The position numbers were made by a program, and so were the translations under genes. Below are positions 35,889 to 44,538 of a stretch of DNA of 64,000 nt, one piece after another. Origin of the DNA: Dehalococcoidales bacterium (GTDB lineage Bacteria > Chloroflexota > Dehalococcoidia > Dehalococcoidales > RBG-16-60-22); the NCBI GenBank assembly GCA_050014095.1, contig JBEKDZ010000001.1, positions 206,560 to 270,559 of the forward strand. The letters run 5' to 3'. The notes under the pieces were generated by a model. The model had not been told where the DNA came from. It ran no database searches and was given only the letters and a program-made list of their open reading frames with translations. Numbering within the stretch: position 1 is the stretch's first letter; each line of letters begins with the position of its first letter.

Positions 35889-36546
35889 GCGCGAGCATCC
35901 TGTAAACTTCTCTTAAGTCCTTTACCGCTATCTGCCCCTCCGCCGACTCTTTGCCCTTCCCCACCGAGGCATAGGTAAAATAGCCACCCGCCAGCGGGCA
36001 AAGGACTCTGGATAGCTGCCCTTTAACACCCATGGCGAAGGAGATGATATTCGCGGAAGAAAAATCCGTAATTAGCTGGAGGACCACCAGATTATCCGCG
36101 AAGCTGCGGGCGGTGGTAATGACTTTGCAAATCCCCGCCCCCGCCGCCAGCTGATTGACGACTATCTGCCGTAGTTTATCCAGCGGCGGCGTTTCTTTTA
36201 GATTATGATATGAAATCAGGCATTCTGCCCTATCTTTAACTTCATTGACTAAATCGGCTAGAGATGGTGTTACCAGCTCGATATCGATAATGGTCGCCCC
36301 TAGCTCTACGGCATCGCGGAGCTCTTTGACTCTTGGCGATTCTTTGCCGTTCCATTTGCCCCCCTCATCCGCCCGCCGGTTGCAGGCTATCCAGGGCTTT
36401 TTAAGATATGCCGCCACCCTCCGCCATCGTTTCCCGATAAGGTCGATGCGCACCTCAAACATGTCGACCAGCGGCGCCACGTCGTCTATTGTATCAAGAT
36501 CATCACTAGTGATAGCAGCACAGATTTTAGGTGTGTTTCCCGTCAA
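35878..36546 (-). CDS. aroD: 3-dehydroquinate dehydratase, type I
   Basis: Size (222 aa), 'FEVRIDL' and 'ISFAMG' type-I features, and its position in the aro operon. Confidence 0.88.
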   Translation of the reverse strand: MTGNTPKICAAITSDDLDTIDDVAPLVDMFEVRIDLIGKRWRRVAAYLKKPWIACNRRADEGGKWNGKESPRVKELRDAVELGATIIDIELVTPSLADLVNEVKDRAECLISYHNLKETPPLDKLRQIVVNQLAAGAGICKVITTARSFADNLVVLQLITDFSSANIISFAMGVKGQLSRVLCPLAGGYFTYASVGKGKESAEGQIAVKDLREVYRMLAHDR

Positions 36547-37621
36547 ACAACACCTCCCCGATTAGCTCCGGAGTGATTTTATCACTGATAAAAGCATTAC
36601 CGATGGCTTTTATCAGGACGAAGCGAATTTTACCATCCCGCACCTTTTTATCGTGTTTGATTAGTTCAAGGAGCGTCTCTTTTTCAATTTGGTCCAGGTC
36701 CGGTAAGTTCACGGGCAGTCCGGCGGCAAGAATAAGCTCCTCCATCTGCTTGACCTTTTTTTCGGCCAGAAAGCCCAGACGCTGCGCTAATTTAGCCGCC
36801 GCCATCATACCAATAGCTACCGCCTGACCGTGTTTGATTTGGAAATCTGATAGCGCTTCAACCGCGTGGCCAACGGTGTGACCGTAGTTCAGCAGTGTGC
36901 GCAGCCCGGACTCTTTTTCGTCGGTCGCCACGACCGGCGCCTTAATACGAGCGTTCTTTTCAACGATTTTTTTCAACGTCTTCGTATCGTAAGCCATCGC
37001 GCCAGCCATATTTTTCCGGAGGAAATTGAAAAACCCTTTGTCACGGATAACGGCGTGCTTGATGACCTCACCCATACCATTGGCAAGTTCGATTTTGGGG
37101 AGGGTTTTTAGAGTATCCACGTCCGCGACGACAAGTTTGGGCTGATAAAAAGCCCCGACCATGTTTTTCAGGCTACCGTAGTCGATGGCCGTCTTACCGC
37201 CGATGCTGCTATCAACCATGGCCAGCAGGGAGGTTGGCACCTGAACCAAAGGGACGCCCCGCATGTAAGTGGCCGCGACAAACCCCGCGAGGTCGCCGAC
37301 AACGCCCCCGCCCAACGCTATAATAAGAGTCGTCCTTTCCGCGAAGGCTTCCGCCAGTAATTGGTAAAGCTGACCAGCGGTAGTTAAAGTCTTTTGCTCC
37401 TCACCGGCTGGGATTTCAAAAACGGTTACCTTAAAACCCGCATCAGCCAGACCTCGCTCGAGGGCAGCGGCATAAAGCGGCCGCACATTTGAATCGGTAA
37501 TAATGACGGTTTTACCAGAAAAGCCCTTCTTTTTCAGCCATAAGCCGACATGCGGCAGCAAGCCCTGTCCGATACGTATTTCATAGCTGTTCTCACGAAG
37601 CTCTACTCTTACTTTTATCAT
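36527..37621 (-). CDS. aroB: 3-dehydroquinate synthase
   Basis: 'ALGGGVVGDLAGFVAATYMRG', 'VDSSIGGKT', 'LNYGHTVGHA'. Confidence 0.95.
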   Translation of the reverse strand: MIKVRVELRENSYEIRIGQGLLPHVGLWLKKKGFSGKTVIITDSNVRPLYAAALERGLADAGFKVTVFEIPAGEEQKTLTTAGQLYQLLAEAFAERTTLIIALGGGVVGDLAGFVAATYMRGVPLVQVPTSLLAMVDSSIGGKTAIDYGSLKNMVGAFYQPKLVVADVDTLKTLPKIELANGMGEVIKHAVIRDKGFFNFLRKNMAGAMAYDTKTLKKIVEKNARIKAPVVATDEKESGLRTLLNYGHTVGHAVEALSDFQIKHGQAVAIGMMAAAKLAQRLGFLAEKKVKQMEELILAAGLPVNLPDLDQIEKETLLELIKHDKKVRDGKIRFVLIKAIGNAFISDKITPELIGEVLFDGKHT

Positions 37622-37716
37622 TTATGTAATTTTACCTTTACTTATTAGGTATTGCAATATATTTAAGAAGCGCATATATAAATTATAGTAATTTGCTGGC
37701 GAACTATAGCATCAGG

Positions 37717-37730
37717 AACAAATATTTGTT
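37717..37730. promoter_or_regulatory. Perfect 14-bp palindrome AACAAATATTTGTT in the aroB/rpsL divergent intergenic region
   Basis: AACAAAT/ATTTGTT, 19 nt upstream of the putative str -35. Candidate operator. Confidence 0.35.
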
Positions 37731-37748
37731 GATTTATATTTAAAAATG

Positions 37749-37778
37749 TTGACAGACGGTATAGATATGTGATACATT
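37749..37778 (+). promoter_or_regulatory. Putative str-operon promoter TTGACA -18 nt- (TGa)TACATT
   Basis: Perfect -35. Extended -10-like TG-a-TACATT. AT-rich upstream region. Confidence 0.5.
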
Positions 37779-37856
37779 AAATATTTGGTACTAAGAATTC
37801 AGTAAAAGTAGATAGATTGAGCTGAAAAACCTCTCTCTATCACATTACAAGAATTC

Positions 37857-37886
37857 ATAATGGATGGGCTTTGGCTCATCCATTAT
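37857..37886 (+). promoter_or_regulatory. 13-bp hairpin in the rpsL 5' leader
   Basis: ATAATGGATGGGC-TTTG-GCTCATCCATTAT with one G-U pair. It lies 28 nt before the rpsL ATG and has no U-tract. Confidence 0.45.
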
Positions 37887-37914
37887 AATTGTCAGGGGGG
37901 ATAGAAAAAAGAAA

Positions 37915-38397
37915 ATGCCAACGATTAATCAGCTAGTACGCAAGGGGCGGAAAAAGTCGCGCAGCAAAGACAAAACACCTGCGCTCGGATTCACCTACAA
38001 CTCTCTAAAGAACAGGGTGAAACAAGGCAAAAGCTCCCCACAAAAGCGGGGCGTTTGCATCCAGGTGAAGACGACCACCCCTAAAAAGCCTAACTCCGCC
38101 CTGCGTAAGATAGCTAAAGTGCGGTTGACCAATCACGTTGAGGTTACCGCTTATATCCCCGGCGAAGGCCACGAGCTGCAGGAGCATTCGGTAGTATTGA
38201 TACGCGGCGGGCGCGTGCCGGACCTGCCCGGCGTACGCTACCACATCATCCGGGGAGCAATGGATACCACGGGTGTGGCTAACCGCAGACAGGGCCGCAG
38301 TAAATACGGCGCTAAAAGAGGCAAGGGTGGTAAGGCTGCGGAAGGCGCAGCCGCTCCAACTCCAGCACCAGCAGCACCTACCGCTACCACTACTTAG
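37915..38397 (+). CDS. rpsL: 30S ribosomal protein S12
   Basis: '[12 protein letters not shown]', 'PQKRGVC', '[11 protein letters not shown]', '[17 protein letters not shown]'. The start is trimmed from the track's 37864 to the canonical MPTINQL. Confidence 0.95.
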   Translation: MPTINQLVRKGRKKSRSKDKTPALGFTYNSLKNRVKQGKSSPQKRGVCIQVKTTTPKKPNSALRKIAKVRLTNHVEVTAYIPGEGHELQEHSVVLIRGGRVPDLPGVRYHIIRGAMDTTGVANRRQGRSKYGAKRGKGGKAAEGAAAPTPAPAAPTATTT

Positions 38398-38411
38398 TTT
38401 GAGGGATTATT

Positions 38412-38882
38412 ATGGCGAGAAGAGCTAGAGCAGTAAAAAGGGAAATTATACCGGACGCGAAATACCGCAGCGCAACGGTGTCGCGGCTAATCATTAAAAT
38501 AATGGAGCGCGGGAAGAAAAGGACCGCGGAAAAAATAGTTTACGGCGCCCTGGAAAAGCTGGGGCAGACAGTCTCCAAAGACCCCGTCACCGCGCTGGAA
38601 CAGGCCGTGAAAAACGCCACGCCCCTCCTTCAGGTTAAACCCAGGCGTGTCGGCGGCGCGACGTACCAGGTGCCGGTGGAAGTTGCACCGGAGCGCGGGC
38701 TGTTCCTGGCAATGACATGGCTGATTCAGGCCGCCCGGGCGAGGAAAGGCAAGGCGATGCAAGAGAAACTCGCCGACGAGCTTGCCGAAGCCTTCCAGGG
38801 ACAGGGCAACACCATTAAGAAACGTGAAGATACGCATAAAATGGCTGAGGCAAACCGTGCCTTTGCACATTATAGGTGGTAA
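38412..38882 (+). CDS. rpsG: 30S ribosomal protein S7
   Basis: '[17 protein letters not shown]', C-terminal '[10 protein letters not shown]'. Confidence 0.97.
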   Translation: MARRARAVKREIIPDAKYRSATVSRLIIKIMERGKKRTAEKIVYGALEKLGQTVSKDPVTALEQAVKNATPLLQVKPRRVGGATYQVPVEVAPERGLFLAMTWLIQAARARKGKAMQEKLADELAEAFQGQGNTIKKREDTHKMAEANRAFAHYRW

Positions 38883-38920
38883 AGGACTTGGTAATTACTA
38901 ACCGTGTTGAAGTAAATAAA

Positions 38921-41029
38921 ATGGTTACCGGAAAGAATAAAGCGTCCAGGGAATTCCCCCTGGAAGATATTCGGAATATTGGCATTATTGCCCACATCGA
39001 TGCCGGCAAGACGACCGTCACCGAGAGGATACTCTATTACACCGGCAAGACCTATAAACTGGGTGAGGTGCACGAGGGTACCGCCGTTATGGACTGGATG
39101 GACCAGGAGCGGGAACGCGGCATCACTATTACGGCGGCCGCCACGACCTGCTACTGGCGCGAGCACCGTATTAATATCATCGATACCCCGGGACATGTAG
39201 ATTTCACCGCCGAAGTCGAGCGCAGTCTTAGAGTGCTCGATGGCGGTGTCGTTGTTTTTGATGCCGTTTCCGGCGTCGAAGCGCAGTCGGAGACAGTCTG
39301 GCGGCAGGCGAATAGATACAAGGTGCCGCGCATTTGCTATATCAATAAAATGGACCGCGTGGGCGCCAGCTTTAACCGGACGGTTTCCATGATAGAAACA
39401 CGTCTTCTAGCGACTCCCCTGCCCATACAATATCCCCTGGGCGCCGAGGAGCGTTTTTACGGAGTCGTCGATTTGGTCGAGAATAAAGCCTGGCGCTTTA
39501 GTACCGACCCCGATGTTGAACCGGAAGAAATACCGATTCCCGATGATGAAAAAACCAGGGCTGCCGAAGCGCGGCAGCATTTGATTTCCAAAGTCGCCGA
39601 GCATGATGACGCCATGATGGTCGCCTTCATCGAAGGGCATAAAGTAGAGCCGGAAGCCTTGAGGCAGGCTTTGAGAAGGGTTACCCTGAATATCAAAGGC
39701 GTGCCCGTCATTTGCGGCAGCGCCTTAAGAAATATGGGCATCCAGAAACTGCTGGACGCCGTGGTAGATTATCTTCCCTCCCCACTGGAAGTGCCGCCGG
39801 TGGAGGGCATTGCCACTAAAACCGGCGAGAAGGTTACCCGTGAAGCCAGTGACGACGCTCCTTTCGCCGCGCTGGCTTTTAAAGTAGTCACCGACCCCTT
39901 TGTCGGGCGGCTGGTCTACTTTAGGGTTTATTCTGGCAAGGTAAAGGTAGGCGCGCAGGTCTATAATCCCACCCGGGAAAGACCGGAGCGTATCGGGCGT
40001 TTGCTCCTGATGCACGCTAACCACCGTGAGGATATTACCTCCGCCGATACCGGCGCCATCGTCGCCACTCTCGGATTAAAAAATACCTTTACCGGCGACA
40101 CCCTCTGCGAACCTACTAAAGCCATTATCCTCGAATCCATCCGCTTTCCCGAACCCGTCATCTCCGTAGCTATCGAACCTAAGACCAGAGCCGACCAGGA
40201 CAAAATGGGCGAAGCCCTGCAAAAGCTTACCGAAGAAGACCCCACTTTTAAAGTTACCCAGAATGAAGAAACCGGCCAGACGATTATTTCCGGCATGGGC
40301 GAGCTTCACCTGGAAGTTATCACCAGCCGGCTTATACGGGAGTTCAACGTCGGCGTTAAAGTAGGTCAGCCGCGTGTCGCCTATAAAGAGACGATTACCG
40401 TGCCGGTTAAAACCGAAGGCAGGTTCGTCCGCCAGAGCGGCGGGCATGGTCAGTACGGCGTGGTGGAAGTAGAGTTCGCGCCACAGCCGCGTGGCAAGGG
40501 CTTTGAGTTTGTTGATAAAATCAAGGGCGCCACGATACCGCGGCAATTTATACCACCGGTCAAGGCCGGCATCAAAGAGGCGATGGAAGTCGGCGTGCTG
40601 GCTGGCTATCCCGTGGTAGATGTAAAAGCGACCCTTTATGATGGCAGCTATCATGACGTCGATTCCTCTGAAATGGCTTTTAAAATGGCTGGCTCGATAG
40701 CGTTAAAAGCAGGCGTTAAGAAAGGCAAGCCCGTGCTACTGGAGCCGATTATGAAACTGGAAGTGGTGACGCCGGAACAGTTCCTCGGCGATATTATCGG
40801 CGACCTTAACTCCAGGAGGGGACACATCGGCAAAATCGACCCGCAGGGCGATAGCTTCATCATCCACTGCCTGATACCCATGGCGGAGTCCTTCGGTTAC
40901 GCCACGAGTCTACGTTCTTTAACCCAGGGCCGGGCGACGCATTCACTGGAATTTCATAATTACGAGCAACTACCGTCGGAAAAGACGGAGGAGATTATAG
41001 AAAAGGCTGTAGGCAGGAAAAATGGCTAA
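38921..41029 (+). CDS. fusA: Elongation factor G
   Basis: '[15 protein letters not shown]', 'DTPGHVDF', 'INKMDR'. Start is taken at the ATG at 38921. The track's GTG at 38876 overlaps the rpsG stop and is also possible. Confidence 0.95.
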   Translation: MVTGKNKASREFPLEDIRNIGIIAHIDAGKTTVTERILYYTGKTYKLGEVHEGTAVMDWMDQERERGITITAAATTCYWREHRINIIDTPGHVDFTAEVERSLRVLDGGVVVFDAVSGVEAQSETVWRQANRYKVPRICYINKMDRVGASFNRTVSMIETRLLATPLPIQYPLGAEERFYGVVDLVENKAWRFSTDPDVEPEEIPIPDDEKTRAAEARQHLISKVAEHDDAMMVAFIEGHKVEPEALRQALRRVTLNIKGVPVICGSALRNMGIQKLLDAVVDYLPSPLEVPPVEGIATKTGEKVTREASDDAPFAALAFKVVTDPFVGRLVYFRVYSGKVKVGAQVYNPTRERPERIGRLLLMHANHREDITSADTGAIVATLGLKNTFTGDTLCEPTKAIILESIRFPEPVISVAIEPKTRADQDKMGEALQKLTEEDPTFKVTQNEETGQTIISGMGELHLEVITSRLIREFNVGVKVGQPRVAYKETITVPVKTEGRFVRQSGGHGQYGVVEVEFAPQPRGKGFEFVDKIKGATIPRQFIPPVKAGIKEAMEVGVLAGYPVVDVKATLYDGSYHDVDSSEMAFKMAGSIALKAGVKKGKPVLLEPIMKLEVVTPEQFLGDIIGDLNSRRGHIGKIDPQGDSFIIHCLIPMAESFGYATSLRSLTQGRATHSLEFHNYEQLPSEKTEEIIEKAVGRKNG

Positions 41030-41330
41030 ACAGAAAATCCGCATTAAACTAAAGGGCTACGACCATAAAGTGGTCGACCTATCAGCACGGCAAATCCTCG
41101 AGGCCGTGGAAAGCACCGGCGCAGTGGCGGTAGGTCCGGTACCATTGCCGACGAGCATCCAGAAGTTCTGCGTCATCCGCTCTCCCTTTATCGATAAAAA
41201 CTCCCAGGAGCAGTTCGAAATCCGAACACACAAACGCCTTATCGATATCGTCGAGACGACTTCCAAGACCATCGATGCGCTGACCAAGCTGAACCTGCCT
41301 TCCGGCGTAGAAATAGATATTAAACTATAA
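41022..41330 (+). CDS. rpsJ: 30S ribosomal protein S10
   Basis: '[16 protein letters not shown]', 'PLPT', '[24 protein letters not shown]'. Confidence 0.97.
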   Translation: MAKQKIRIKLKGYDHKVVDLSARQILEAVESTGAVAVGPVPLPTSIQKFCVIRSPFIDKNSQEQFEIRTHKRLIDIVETTSKTIDALTKLNLPSGVEIDIKL

Positions 41331-41356
41331 AATAGGAGTTAAAAAAATATAATAGT

Positions 41357-41437
41357 GTCATTCTGACCCTGAATGAAGTGAAGGGGAAGAATCCGCCCCC
41401 AGGAACACCTTTGGATTCCCGCTTGCGCGGGAATGAC
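41357..41437 (+). repeat. Inverted-pair module of the GTCATTC family inside the rpsJ-rplC intercistronic gap
   Basis: GTCATTCTGACCC...GGGGAAGAATCCG, a 17-nt spacer, then GGATTCCCGCTTGCGCGGGAATGAC. Confidence 0.85.
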
Positions 41438-41456
41438 GAATCGAATTGGTGACATT

Positions 41457-42092
41457 ATGACTGTAGGAATTTTAGGTAAAAAGCTGGGCATGACCCAGGT
41501 ATACGGCAAAGGCGGCAAGACCGAAGCCATCACCGCCGTCGAGGCCGGACCGTGCACGGTAACGCAGGTAAAAACCGTGGAAAAAGACGGCTATAGCGCG
41601 GTGCAACTCGGTTTCGGGGAAGTGAAGAGGCGCAAGACCGGCGGTAAGAAGGGCAAAGCCAAAGAGAAAGAGCCGGTAAAATTCAAGTACATGCGGGAAA
41701 TCCTACTAGATAGCGGCCAAACACTAGAAGCCGGACAGAAAATAGACGTTAGTGTATTTAAAGCCGGAGATATTATCGATGTTTGCGGAATTTCTAAGGG
41801 CAAGGGGTTCGCTGGCGGCGTTAAGCGCTATCATTTCCGGGGCGGACCTAAAACCCACGGCCAGTCCGATAGATGGCGCGCGCCGGGTTCCGTCGGCTCC
41901 AACACCAGCCCGGGGCGGGTTTATAAGGGGCTCCGCATGGCGGGGCATATGGGTGACGCCCGTGTTACCGTGAGCAACCTGGAGGTAGTGGAAGCTGACC
42001 AGGCCCGCAACCTTTTATTAATTAAAGGGGCCGTGCCCGGTATGACCAACGGACTGGTAATTATTGAAAAGACCAAGAGGGAGAAGAAGTAA
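41457..42092 (+). CDS. rplC: 50S ribosomal protein L3
   Basis: 'GILGKKLGMTQV', 'GKGFAGGVKR'. The track's ATG at 41433 lies inside a repeat unit, so the start is trimmed to 41457. Confidence 0.93.
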   Translation: MTVGILGKKLGMTQVYGKGGKTEAITAVEAGPCTVTQVKTVEKDGYSAVQLGFGEVKRRKTGGKKGKAKEKEPVKFKYMREILLDSGQTLEAGQKIDVSVFKAGDIIDVCGISKGKGFAGGVKRYHFRGGPKTHGQSDRWRAPGSVGSNTSPGRVYKGLRMAGHMGDARVTVSNLEVVEADQARNLLLIKGAVPGMTNGLVIIEKTKREKK

Positions 42093-42093
42093 G

Positions 42094-42750
42094 GTGCAGG
42101 TTCCAGTTTATAACCTTGCCGGAGAAGAAGTCCGGAAGATTAAAATAAGCGATGCCGTTTTCGGCGTGCCGTTTAATGAGGCGGTCGTCCACCAGGTAAT
42201 GGTGGGCATGCAGGCTAACGCCCGGCAGGGTACTGCCGCTACGAAGACCCGCGGCGAAGTGGTAGGCAGCACGAAGAAGCTCTACCGCCAGAAGGGCACG
42301 GGTAATGCCCGCGCCGGCAGCAAAAAATCCCCGACCCGCCGCGGCGGCGGCACGGCTTTCGGACCGAAACCGAGGGATTACCGGCAGGCTATACCCAAGA
42401 AACTGCGTCGGCTCGCTTTAAGATGTGTCCTTTCCTCCAAGGCTGGAGAGGGTGATTTAAAAATAATCGATGCGTTCAACTTCGCCGAGGCCAAGACCAA
42501 GCAAATGTTAAACGTGCTGATGGCTTTGGACATCGAGTCCTCCGCGCTTATCGTTACCCAGAAGCCGGAGGAAAATGTTATTTTATCCGCCCGGAACATA
42601 CCGGAAATTACAACCATGCCCGCCAGTGTGCTTAACATCCTGGATATCATGTCCCACAAAACGCTTCTAATGACCGAGGATGCGGTACGCACCGCGGAAG
42701 AGCTATGGGGCAACGGAGCGAAACAAGGGGGAACAGATGCATCTGTATGA
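42094..42750 (+). CDS. rplD: 50S ribosomal protein L4
   Basis: 'RQGTAATKTRGEV.GSTKKLYRQKGTGNAR'. GTG start 1 nt after the rplC stop, with GAGGGAGAAG upstream. Confidence 0.92.
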   Translation: MQVPVYNLAGEEVRKIKISDAVFGVPFNEAVVHQVMVGMQANARQGTAATKTRGEVVGSTKKLYRQKGTGNARAGSKKSPTRRGGGTAFGPKPRDYRQAIPKKLRRLALRCVLSSKAGEGDLKIIDAFNFAEAKTKQMLNVLMALDIESSALIVTQKPEENVILSARNIPEITTMPASVLNILDIMSHKTLLMTEDAVRTAEELWGNGAKQGGTDASV

Positions 42751-43021
42751 GGTACTGCGCCGTCCGATGGTAACCGAAAAGAACTCGGCGTTGCAAACCA
42801 TGAATAAATACGTTTTTGAGATAGCCGACGGGGCGAATAAGATGATGATACAACAGGCCGTGGAAAAGGCTTTCAAGGTGAAGGTTACCGGGGTCAACGT
42901 CGTCACCGTGCGGGGTAAAAGCAAGAAAATTGGCCGACGCACGGTGCATACCAACCCCTGGAAAAAAGCGATTGTTACCCTCCAGGTAGGGGATAAAATA
43001 GAATACTTTGAAGGTGTTTAG
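42737..43021 (+). CDS. rplW: 50S ribosomal protein L23
   Basis: 'LYEVLRRPMVTEKN'. SD GGGGG 5 nt upstream of the ATG at 42737. Confidence 0.93.
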   Translation: MHLYEVLRRPMVTEKNSALQTMNKYVFEIADGANKMMIQQAVEKAFKVKVTGVNVVTVRGKSKKIGRRTVHTNPWKKAIVTLQVGDKIEYFEGV

Positions 43022-43039
43022 CAGGAAAGGGGAAGCCAG

Positions 43040-43867
43040 GTGGCTATAAAAAAGTTTAATCCGACATCTCCGGGCCGGCGCAATATGAGCGGCTATACCT
43101 TCGATGAAATCACGAAGGATAAACCGGAGAAGTCGTTGCTCGTCACCAAAAGGAGCAAGGCCGGACGCAACGCCAGCGGTAAAATAACCGTGCGCCATCG
43201 CGGCGGCGGCGAAAAGCGGAATCTCCGCATCATCGATTTCAAGCGGGATAAGCTCGACATCCCCGGCAGGGTAGCGGCCATCGAATACGACCCCAACCGC
43301 ACCGCCCGCATCGCGTTGATACATTACAGGGACGGCGAAAAACGTTATATTATCGCCCCGATAGGTCTGAAGGTAGGCGATACGATAATGGCCGGTAGCA
43401 ATGCCGAGATTAAACCGGGCAACTCCATGCCCATGAAAAATATGCCGACAGGTATTGAGATTCATAATATCGAGGTACAAAAGGGCCGAGGCGGCCAACT
43501 GGTGCGCAGCGCCGGCGGTTCGGCACAACTGATGGTTAAGGAAGGCGACTATGTGTTGATAAGGCTGCCATCCGGTGAAATCCGCCGCATTCTTAGCGAG
43601 TGCATCGCCACCATCGGGCAGATAGGCAATCTGGAGCACCAGGGTATTAGCCTGGGCAAAGCCGGCCGCAGGCGGCATATGGGTTGGCGACCGACCGTTA
43701 GAGGCTCCGTGATGTCGCCGCGCGACCATCCCCATGGCGGCGGCGAGGGCCGTTCGCCGATAGGTATGCCCGGACCGAAAACACCCTGGGGTAAACCAGC
43801 TCTCGGTTATAAGACGCGTAAGCCGAAGGCTTCCGATAGAATGATTATCAAACGCAGAGGCAAATAG
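43040..43867 (+). CDS. rplB: 50S ribosomal protein L2
   Basis: '[16 protein letters not shown]', '[21 protein letters not shown]'. Confidence 0.98.
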   Translation: MAIKKFNPTSPGRRNMSGYTFDEITKDKPEKSLLVTKRSKAGRNASGKITVRHRGGGEKRNLRIIDFKRDKLDIPGRVAAIEYDPNRTARIALIHYRDGEKRYIIAPIGLKVGDTIMAGSNAEIKPGNSMPMKNMPTGIEIHNIEVQKGRGGQLVRSAGGSAQLMVKEGDYVLIRLPSGEIRRILSECIATIGQIGNLEHQGISLGKAGRRRHMGWRPTVRGSVMSPRDHPHGGGEGRSPIGMPGPKTPWGKPALGYKTRKPKASDRMIIKRRGK

Positions 43868-43884
43868 GCGGATAAAGAGGGAAA

Positions 43885-44175
43885 ATGTCAAGATCAACTA
43901 AAAAAGGACCGGCAGTTGATGAAAAGCTGGCGAAACATGTAGATGCCGCAATACGCTCCGGTAAGAAAACAGTTATCAAAACCTGGGCGAGACGGTCTAC
44001 CATATTACCCCAGATGGTGGGGCTGACCATCGGCGTGCATGACGGACGGCGACATGTGCCCATCTATATTAACGAGAATATGGTGGGTCATAAGCTGGGT
44101 GAATTCGCCCCCACTCGCACATTTAGAGGGCATGGAACTAGAGTAGCAGAAGAAACACCAACAACAAGAACATAG
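43885..44175 (+). CDS. rpsS: 30S ribosomal protein S19
   Basis: 'MSRSTKKGP', '[17 protein letters not shown]', '[16 protein letters not shown]'. Confidence 0.98.
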   Translation: MSRSTKKGPAVDEKLAKHVDAAIRSGKKTVIKTWARRSTILPQMVGLTIGVHDGRRHVPIYINENMVGHKLGEFAPTRTFRGHGTRVAEETPTTRT

Positions 44176-44199
44176 TAATTTTAGATAAGGTAACAAAAA

Positions 44200-44538
44200 G
44201 TGGAAGTAAAAGCGATAGCTAAAGACACCGGTTTACCCGCCAGCAAGGTGCGTCCGCTGGTGGATATGGTACGGGGTAAAAGGGTAGATGAGGCATTGAA
44301 CCTGCTCCGGTATACACACACACCGAAGGCGAGGTTTCTCGCCAAGGTGGTAAAATCAGCCGTAGCGAATGCCGAAACTAACTTTCAGATGGACCCCGCC
44401 GACCTTAAAATAGTGAAAATATACGTCGATGTTGCGCGAGGCGCGCGCCGTTTCAAGGCACGGTCGAGGGGACGGGCTAGTCCCATACGTAAGAACTCCA
44501 GCCATATTACCGTGATAGTTGCGGAACAGGAGGTTTAA
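44200..44538 (+). CDS. rplV: 50S ribosomal protein L22
   Basis: 'SKVRPLVDMVRGKRVDEAL', 'RFKARSRGRASPIRKNSSHITV'. Confidence 0.96.
   Translation: MEVKAIAKDTGLPASKVRPLVDMVRGKRVDEALNLLRYTHTPKARFLAKVVKSAVANAETNFQMDPADLKIVKIYVDVARGARRFKARSRGRASPIRKNSSHITVIVAEQEV

Noticed and set aside
37864-37914. N-terminal extensions implied by longest-ORF calls: rpsL 37864, fusA 38876, rplC 41433, rplD 42064, rplW 42680, rplF 48497, rpmD 49936, secY 50574, rplM 57327, PGI/PMI 60234
   Set aside because: In each case the conserved family N-terminus begins at a downstream start. For most of them a better-placed SD precedes that start. The upstream extension overlaps the preceding gene, or, for rplC and rpsL, lies in a repeat or hairpin.
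42647-43897. 416-aa ORF on the minus strand
   Set aside because: It is antisense to rplD, rplW and rplB. It has no motifs and an Ala/Gly/Arg/His-rich shadow-frame composition.
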